Below are positions 56,497-64,000 of a stretch of DNA of 64,000 nucleotides, piece after piece. Each line of letters begins with the position of its first letter. Within the stretch, counting starts at the first letter, position 1. Source of the stretch: Mayamaea pseudoterrestris (lineage: Eukaryota); the NCBI GenBank assembly GCA_027923505.1, contig BROI01000008.1, positions 248,001 through 312,000 of the forward strand, written 5' to 3'. The notes below the pieces were generated by a model. It made no database searches. It saw only the letters and a program-made list of their open reading frames with translations, and had not been told where the DNA came from. A program made the position numbers and the translations under genes.

Positions 56497-59400
56497 ATGG
56501 TGATGATGACATGTCAGCATTTAGGCAGTACTGCCGCCGCTGTAATGGGCGCTTCTCAACTTGTGCGCAATGACGGTTCGATCAGTCATGATGAGAATAC
56601 ATGGAGTTCAAGAATTAATACTGTGAAAGTGATTCTTGGTGCAGATGCCAAGGTGATGTGCATGTCCCTGTTTTTGGACGAGTACTTCGCGTCCTCCCAA
56701 ATTGACCTTACTGTTCCCAACAATCTACCGGTACATGAACAAATAGCTGCTTTTGTAGTTGCTCCATATTCTACGTTAGCGCCAGTCAAATCAGTGGATC
56801 CATCTTGTCGACAGTCACTTGCTAGTCTCGTCGATGATGCAGTGTGGGTCCTCCTTCAGCGACCTACACGGTATCACGAAGGTCAAAACATTCTTTGCAA
56901 AGGATATTTAATTCATCAATTCTATAATGATAGCGCTTGTCCAAGCATGCATGCTGCAGCAGTCATGACACAAATTAACAATAACGTACTTTTCTGGAAA
57001 ACCAACCTTGCCTGTCGACTGCTGCACGAGCTGGTAGGCGACCAAGTCATGCGAACCATTCTCGTAAACACCTCGGTTTTTGTTCCAATACTGCAAAAGA
57101 ATGAACCAGCACATTCTGACGGTAATTATATGCAAGTATGTGGGCCGAGCTGTAAGCCTGGTCTTATGCAGCAGCCGAGTCTCAAAATTGAACAAAAACG
57201 CAGGAAACGTAACCGTCAACTTTCAACGAGCCAGCAACCGCAGAATCTTCTTCCACAAGCGCATATTCCAAACAAGGGTCTTCTTTACTCGAGCACTTAC
57301 GTTCCGAAAATTGGCCTGCCAACAAACCATTTTTTGAATGGACCCTGCGAGCCAGAAACATTATTGAAGGCCATGATTGGCGGACAGTACTCTTGCGAAA
57401 GATCTAGCCGGCAACAGAGGAAACGATGGCGGAATCTTTGCGCCAAAGGATTTCCTCTATGCAATAGTATGTTCCACAAACATCGTTCCTTCGACTATCA
57501 TCGGCTTTTAAATCGATTCTGTCCTTTACCAAAACTTGTGACGCAACACGAAATTGATATTGCCGATGCTTCCGCTGCGCACTCTTCTGTCGACGGGGTC
57601 ATCAAGTTCGTATCGGCAGTTCTAAGGAATGTCATTCCGTTAGAGATGATGGGCTCCTCAAAGAATTTGGAGCTTCTTGTTCGCCACGCCGAAACGTTTG
57701 TCAAGCTCCGACGGCAAGAGACCCTCGCTAACAAGGTTGCCATGAACGGCATGAAGATTACTCATGCCTCATGGCTGCTAATGGCGTCCGAAAAGAGTAA
57801 GGTGCGGCGAACAGACCACCAGCTTGCCCATTTTCTGTTGCTGCGCGTCGTCCGCTGGATCTTCGGACATTTTCTTGTTCCGTTGCTGGCATCCACGTTT
57901 CACGTTACAGAAAGTGAGATGAGCGGCAAACATATCTTATATTATCGCAAGCCGGTCTGGTCCATCTTTCGATCTTTGTCCATGGCGAAGCTTCTCAAAC
58001 AGCAATACACGGAAATTTCGCCGAAGGAAGCAATGCAGCGATTATCACTACAGCAAATGGGACTGAGTAGGCTTCGATTGTTACCGAAAGCTACCGGCGT
58101 ACGCCCTATCGCGACGCTTTGTAAGCAGGAGCACTTCCGGCGAGCTGCTCCATCTTTAGGTGTAGAGCTTTTAAAATATGGGGCGGATGATGACGAAGAA
58201 ACTCATACTCATCATTTCAAAGCGCGAAAGAGGACAATGCGTCCACGGAATGCATCATCTGCATGCTCGACTAACCAAATCCTGAGCAACGTATTCTCTG
58301 TGCTTCGGGACGAGTATAATCGACGACAAAATCTGTTTGGCGCTGGGGTTGATGGGTTGCACTACTTTTACCCTCGATACCGCGCATTCATTAACACACT
58401 TCGGTCCGGCATGTCATGTATTACACCGATCTATTTTGTGAGCGTCGATATTCGACAAGCATACGACAGTATCGACCAAAATCATCTACTTTCCATCGTT
58501 GACAAAGTGTTGAGTCAACGGGAATATTGTATCCAGCGATACGACGTCTTCCACCCATTTCCCAGCCTCGGTCGAGTCATCAAGCGTTCGCAAAGAAAGG
58601 TCGGGACTTCATCGTCCGTTGACCCGCTCATCTCCCGCTCTTTCACAAAAGGCTTTCGTCAAAGCGTTCTCATTGATTCTGTCAATACTTGTGTGGCTCA
58701 AAAGGAGCATCTTTCGAAACAGTTGTTTGAGCATTTGCGAAGCCATCTTGTGACTATTCAAGGCCGATACGGGGACCGTTACTTGGTACAGTCAATTGGT
58801 ATACCTCAAGGCAGCATCTTGTCGACAATCCTCTGCAACTTTTTCTATGGTTCTTACGAACAAAAGACATTGCCGGACTTCTTAACTAGCTCGTCGGTGG
58901 GCGAGAGCGCAACCCTGCTAATCCGAATGGTGGACGACTTCATGTTGGCGACGCCCAATCGCCCCCTGGCAGCAAATTTTTTGAAAGCGATGGAGACGGG
59001 AGATGAAGAGCTTGGCGTATCAATCAACAAATCGAAGACGAAAGTCAGTGCTACGATGGAAATGGACGGGATTGTTCATTCGGACGCTGCAATCGCGAGA
59101 CGATTTTTTCCTTGGTGTGGTATGCTTTTCGACCTCAAATCATACGCAGTCCGTATCGATTACGCCCGCCTCGTTGCTGATGACATAAGCTCGGGTCTCA
59201 CTGTGGAACAAAGTAGCCATCAGGGAATCCGATTCAGAGCTGCCCTTCGAACGTTTATTCGTCCTAGATGCATCCCCATTCTGTTTGACTGCGCTATAAA
59301 CGATACGCGGACGCAAACAATTAATTTCTATCAGCTTTACATCTTTTCTGCAGCGAAAATGTTGGCGTACTTGAAGTCCACTGACATGATGCACAAGATA

Positions 59401-59715
59401 AAGCACAATCTCAAGTTCATAATTGATGCAATCGTCTCTAGCGTCAAATATGGACACAGCTTGATTCGAAATCGTCTAAAGCAATCTCATGTTGGGTTGG
59501 AACTTGGATTTTCTCGTCGTGTGGCGCTTTGGATTGGGTATACAGCGTTTCACGATGTGTTGATTCGCTCTCAAGCATTTCTTGCCTTGGCCGAAGCGCT
59601 GCATGGGAAAATCGTCCTCTTGCGCATCCGTTCTAAGCCAGTATACTTCAAACATGCGATATTTGAAGCGATGCAAAGCTCTGGAATTAAAGATATATTA
59701 GCAAAGTCGCCATAG
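56497..59715 (+). CDS. TERT: Telomerase reverse transcriptase (intronless)
   Basis: TEN/GQ LVGDQVM...YMQVCG; T motif FHVTE...YYRKPVW; motifs 1/2 LRLLPK, VRPI; A SVDIRQAYDSI; B' GIPQGSILS; C IRMVDDF; D INKSK; E FPWCG. The ORF-track start (56209) runs through the TIR and the opposite gene's 5' end, so the start is placed at 56497. Confidence 0.95.
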   Translation: MVMMTCQHLGSTAAAVMGASQLVRNDGSISHDENTWSSRINTVKVILGADAKVMCMSLFLDEYFASSQIDLTVPNNLPVHEQIAAFVVAPYSTLAPVKSVDPSCRQSLASLVDDAVWVLLQRPTRYHEGQNILCKGYLIHQFYNDSACPSMHAAAVMTQINNNVLFWKTNLACRLLHELVGDQVMRTILVNTSVFVPILQKNEPAHSDGNYMQVCGPSCKPGLMQQPSLKIEQKRRKRNRQLSTSQQPQNLLPQAHIPNKGLLYSSTYVPKIGLPTNHFLNGPCEPETLLKAMIGGQYSCERSSRQQRKRWRNLCAKGFPLCNSMFHKHRSFDYHRLLNRFCPLPKLVTQHEIDIADASAAHSSVDGVIKFVSAVLRNVIPLEMMGSSKNLELLVRHAETFVKLRRQETLANKVAMNGMKITHASWLLMASEKSKVRRTDHQLAHFLLLRVVRWIFGHFLVPLLASTFHVTESEMSGKHILYYRKPVWSIFRSLSMAKLLKQQYTEISPKEAMQRLSLQQMGLSRLRLLPKATGVRPIATLCKQEHFRRAAPSLGVELLKYGADDDEETHTHHFKARKRTMRPRNASSACSTNQILSNVFSVLRDEYNRRQNLFGAGVDGLHYFYPRYRAFINTLRSGMSCITPIYFVSVDIRQAYDSIDQNHLLSIVDKVLSQREYCIQRYDVFHPFPSLGRVIKRSQRKVGTSSSVDPLISRSFTKGFRQSVLIDSVNTCVAQKEHLSKQLFEHLRSHLVTIQGRYGDRYLVQSIGIPQGSILSTILCNFFYGSYEQKTLPDFLTSSSVGESATLLIRMVDDFMLATPNRPLAANFLKAMETGDEELGVSINKSKTKVSATMEMDGIVHSDAAIARRFFPWCGMLFDLKSYAVRIDYARLVADDISSGLTVEQSSHQGIRFRAALRTFIRPRCIPILFDCAINDTRTQTINFYQLYIFSAAKMLAYLKSTDMMHKIKHNLKFIIDAIVSSVKYGHSLIRNRLKQSHVGLELGFSRRVALWIGYTAFHDVLIRSQAFLALAEALHGKIVLLRIRSKPVYFKHAIFEAMQSSGIKDILAKSP

Positions 59716-59760
59716 TAATCATTAATCGTAGCAGACTACTGTTGTCGTACGTGTTTACGT

Positions 59761-60552
59761 TTAGCCTCTAAATGTTTCGTCTATTCGCCTCTCGAACGCT
59801 AGCGCCATTCTCTCATCATGACCTACGGCCTCAATCAAACGCATGCAATCACTTTCCATATCCTCCAATCCAACATGATCAGTCACTAAAATGCCTCGGT
59901 CGTGGTCGAGCTCATGTTGTGCGCAGCGAGCAGCCTCTCCGCTTAAACGTATACGCATCCACATTCCATCAATATTTTGATACTCAATCTCTACATTGGC
60001 GTCTCTTAGGACATTGGCGACAAATGTTGGTGGAAGTACAAGACAATGCTCCGCCCAAATCTTCATTTCTACCTCGGCTGATCGTCGTACGATGCGAGGA
60101 TTAATCATCACAATGGAAAACGGAGGTGACAGTGGTAGAAGTCGTATCTCATCTAAAAATACAATTCGAGCATTGATTCCGCATTGTTGCGCCGCCATAC
60201 CGATGGCTTTTTCCCGACGAGCCGTGTCTTTTAGTGAAGAGCACACGATTCTGAGCATTTCTGTCGAAAACATGTCATTTGGTACGGGGTCTGCTGGTCG
60301 ACGAAGGATCGGATCCGGCCATCGTGCCATTGTCCATTCATTTAAAGTTGCAGCTTGTGCTACAATCAATAGAGGAAGCGACGTTCCTTTCCAATCGCTT
60401 CGATACGGAAAGTTAGGAAGCTGGTGATCAAACGCAAAAGTCGGTGGTGGCGATGATTGGAGCGCGACAGAGCCAATGATCAAACGGATGAATGATTGAG
60501 CTAAAATCTGTCGTCGATCAATTGTATCGGGCGAAGAAATATGTATGAGCAT
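59761..60552 (-). CDS. PDF: Peptide deformylase (organellar)
   Basis: PDPILRR, GMAAQQCG, MINPRI, EHCLVLP (EGCLS variant), QHELDH. Confidence 0.88.
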   Translation of the reverse strand: MLIHISSPDTIDRRQILAQSFIRLIIGSVALQSSPPPTFAFDHQLPNFPYRSDWKGTSLPLLIVAQAATLNEWTMARWPDPILRRPADPVPNDMFSTEMLRIVCSSLKDTARREKAIGMAAQQCGINARIVFLDEIRLLPLSPPFSIVMINPRIVRRSAEVEMKIWAEHCLVLPPTFVANVLRDANVEIEYQNIDGMWMRIRLSGEAARCAQHELDHDRGILVTDHVGLEDMESDCMRLIEAVGHDERMALAFERRIDETFRG

Positions 60553-60766
60553 GCCGAATATGGCGAATCGGACTCGTTATCCCGATGTTCACTCGTCCGA
60601 ATGGATTGCTGCTCGCAAGTTCCGCCCCACAGAAAAGCCTTGCAAGATCTGTCTTACATCGTACCGGTACTCCCTAGTACCAGTACGATTCATGTGTGAC
60701 TCGGGCGTGGACCGCGAGAAGAAACATCATCATGCTGTTTGGTACTTGGCACACCATACTCTCGCC

Positions 60767-63700
60767 ATGGCGAGTAAAAGAATTGACGAACAAGATGGGA
60801 TGTATCAACCCGGAGACGTTGTGCTCACAACATATGGTGCGGGTGTTATCGTAGAGATAAAAGAAAACTTCTATACAGTGCGATTATGGCGTCAAATCGG
60901 CAAGAGCATTTCGTCGGCAGCTTCGGCTCGTCTCAATCAAACATCGGTACGCTTTATTATTTTGAATAAAGCAAGTGATGTTTCTGCATATATATATGTT
61001 CTCACTTTTAGACATCTATGTAAAGATTATCAGAAAGATTCCTGCTGCCCCGGGTATGACGACGTCGATTGTGGCAGGTTCACCGAATAAACAAAACGTC
61101 CTCGTCGTAGCATTTTTGCAGCAGAATGCTCGTACGCATCAAGACAGTTTCTTGGTCTCGTACGTCGCCGATGAGGCAGTCATAGGAAATGCACGCCAAT
61201 CCTGCATTGGAGAGATTTGGGGGTACGATCATAACCAGCTTGTCAGCGTCGAATCAACGAATTTAAATGGAGCTCCCTCGGCCAAATTTTACCCTTTGCT
61301 TGAGACACTTATACAACGCGCCGACGATACATATCATGCAGCAACTGGCGTTTTGAAAAATGAACGGACGAAAGCTATTGTCATGCAAACTGGGAAGGTT
61401 TTGCAGACAAAGATCAATGGCGCCTCTGAGACGCTGGCGGATCATCGAGGCATTGGCAACAGGCCATCGTCAGTGGCCGCTTCTATAGAAGCCGCCATGA
61501 CCTCCGCAACGGTCGGCGAGACAACGAAAGAAGTGGTTCAACTTGTGAAGAACGAAGATTTCATCGACTTACTCGCAACTTGCCGTAGTCGACTTTCTGA
61601 AATGACGAACGCACAAGGCATTAGCGCACTCTCACAACAAACCCTCTCAAAATCAGCGATTTACTTTAATGCCGAGTCATTACCGTCTTCCTTCATGGCT
61701 GCAGTGGATATATCGCGTAAAGCAGCGTTGACATCGTTGGAAGAATTGCTTCATGAGTTAGAAATAGAATCGAATGACTTGGAAGCTTTTCAGACCGCAA
61801 TTTCATCTCGCTTTGAGCAAGCTTTTGATTCCTTGTCATCCGCTGCCAAGTCAGATGATTCGTTGAATTCACTTTTTACGAAAGTACAGGAAAAGACAAG
61901 GGATTGGCAGGACGTGACTGGGCGGCTCAAGGGTACCCGGTCGGCCGGACTATTTGCTGAAGGAGCTGGTCGGTTGCACCAACGCGCGGCTGCTATTCTG
62001 GGCCCAGGAAACTTACAGTGGGCCGGAGGGGTAGGCGCAACGCTGACAAAGTCTCTTACGGAAGGCGACGCTGCCTTGGCTAGACTTAAGTCGATCGAAC
62101 TCGCTGATGCGGTTGCTGAACGCTTGGGCAAGGCCATAGAAGTCAGAAGTGAAGTAGTTGGCGGTCTTGACGGTATCATTGCGAGTGCACTAAGCCAATT
62201 AAGAGAAGGCACGATCTATCCGAACAGCACAATTCAAAGAGTGTTGAGCAGCTTGCAACACGGAGCATCGTCAGCAGCAGTTGAATCGCACGAGACTCTA
62301 CTTTCGCTCCTTTCCTCACAGAGTGCATATCGCGACGGGGCTCTGCTGCAGATCGAACGGGTCTTGTGCGGTTTGAGTGATCAGTTTGGCGAAAGTTTGT
62401 CGCCCAATGACATTTCCAAGATTGCACGCGGCGATGGAGGTACTGCCAAGCTCTTCGAGCCTATCTGTAAGCAGGCATTGTTGCAAATTGATACACAACT
62501 AAATTTAGCAGAGTCCAGCATCAGCGATGCGACCGCACTTGGCGTGCTACGTAAAGTGAGGAAAATTACTAGTGGCGACTTGTCGTTGTCATCAATATTG
62601 GATGATCTAGTGAACGTCTTAAACGACAAAAGCTTTGTGCAAGCGAGCGAGACGTTCGTCCAACGAAGGTAATTACTATTGCAACGTTAGAAGAGTTTGG
62701 TACAGTAGTTTACTCACGTCCCAAAAAAATTTTAATGCGATTTCCAGCGAACAAGTGTTAGATTTTATTGAAGGCGTCTCGGCAAATCAAGCACTTGATG
62801 ATGCACTCAAGTTGGCGGAGCGCGCCGGCATTACGAAAACTTCGGTCATAGAGGAGCTTGAAAATGTAGACATAAATGATCTTCTATCCACCGCAGGAAA
62901 TGCCGTAACGGATGAAAGTGCCCGTCACAATCTCCTGTCGACGGCCACTGATACTGCACTCGACTTTGTGTTGCGTATCCTGCCGTCCATAAAGTTTCCT
63001 CCATTTGAAGGAGTAAACGATGGTCTTATATACCACATCTCGAATTTGTCCATGAAAGGTTTTAAAGTGAAAAAGGAAGATATACACATTGAGCTTGCTG
63101 GAATGAATGCGACGCGAATACGACGAACGAATAGCGCTAACTTATCTTCCCCAAACAAGAATGGCAAGGTGGAGAGCCACGGTCGAGTCAAGTCCACAGA
63201 AGTCCTTATAATTGATATTCAAAATATATCGGCTGTTCTCGAGGATGCCCAATGGAACTTCGAACAAACTTACATGCCGTATTTGAAGGCGCATGGGTTA
63301 GCGAATATTCGGTTTCATGGAGGCGCCATACGACTGCAATTTGAGCTTCGGCGGCAGCGTACTGAAAGCAATCCGCCAATATGGGAACCGGTTCTTTGCC
63401 TTCATGATCGGCAGTGCACGATCTCGGAGGTGGACCTCACGCTTCAAGGAGAAAGTCGCCTCGCCTGGATCCTCAACAAGGCTGCATCTGTTTTTAAGGG
63501 TCCACTGCGCGACTATATAGTCCGCACAGTCTCCTATATGCTCGTCAGCCAGAGTGGATGGATATTGCAACGCATGAATAGCTTATTAAGTGCGCACTGG
63601 GGCTTGATTCTGCAAACTGCTGGTTTGAAAATGAGTGACTTGGTCGCGGCAGACGAGCGTGTCGTGTCAAAAGAAAGCTTGCAAAAGGAGCAAACGTACT

Positions 63701-64000
63701 TTGAGCTTGTATGGAGGGATCATTTACCGCTTGGTATCAACCTGTTGTTAAATGACGAGTCTGGATTCTTGAAAGTGGTGGACTTTCCTCGTGGAAGCCA
63801 AGCAAGGGTCGTCTGCGAAAGAAAAAGACTCGATCCTGACACATTCAAGGGATCTCGCATTGTAGCTGTAAACGGATCTCAACATGGCGGCGATCTCGAA
63901 GATTTGTTTGCAGCTTTAAAAGAACCGGGGCGCCCGAAAACGATTCGCTTCGAAGTGGCCAATCAACAAGAGGCTCAACGGGTCAGAACTTTCGTTTTAG
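60767..64000 (+). CDS. Large protein with a helical region, a BPI/TULIP-like domain and a PDZ-like domain; runs off the right edge
   Basis: Introns at 60947-61025 and 62669-62747 give a continuous frame. Exon 3 has ILPSIKFPPFEG..DGLIYHISNL...WNFEQTYMPYLKAHG...LAWILNK..SVFK and PLGINL...IVAVNG...LKEPGRPKTIRF. Confidence 0.75.

Noticed and set aside
8963..59715. TGS1, TOP3A, WDR70 and TERT as a telomere-maintenance gene cluster
   Set aside because: They are spread over 50 kb among unrelated housekeeping genes, with no evidence beyond thematic coincidence.

Overview
Gene-dense eukaryotic nuclear DNA. It is most likely from a diatom, based on short GT-AG introns, a His-retaining chloroplast sensor kinase, an HA-repeat protein, a CoDi-type copia relic and Pro/Ser-rich repeats. 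About 29 protein-coding genes are packed with very short intergenic gaps. They include TGS1, a SulP transporter, an Sfp-type PPTase, WDR70, a DHHC PAT, CSK, PEX16, TOP3A, a parvulin, a CLEC16A/FPL protein, aconitase X, an AAA+ ATPase, a BAH-ELM2-SANT protein, an intronless TERT and a peptide deformylase. A repeat-rich island at about 50.5-56.3 kb holds a decayed copia fragment, a 42-bp tandem array, a decayed Pro/Ser repeat and a 1,076-bp TIR element. That element splits the membrane-protein gene lying head-to-head with TERT. Main points of interest: (1) a MATH-ankyrin-coiled-coil protein ending in a PCIF1/CAPAM-like domain with NPPF changed to VPPL; (2) a hydroxylysine-kinase-like domain fused to an apparently catalytically dead ITPase; (3) the TIR element next to the TERT promoter, which might be spliced out; (4) roughly 10-fold enrichment of the palindrome TACCGGTA, which brackets a CpG-depleted island. 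All protein calls come from motif recognition by eye; no searches were run.
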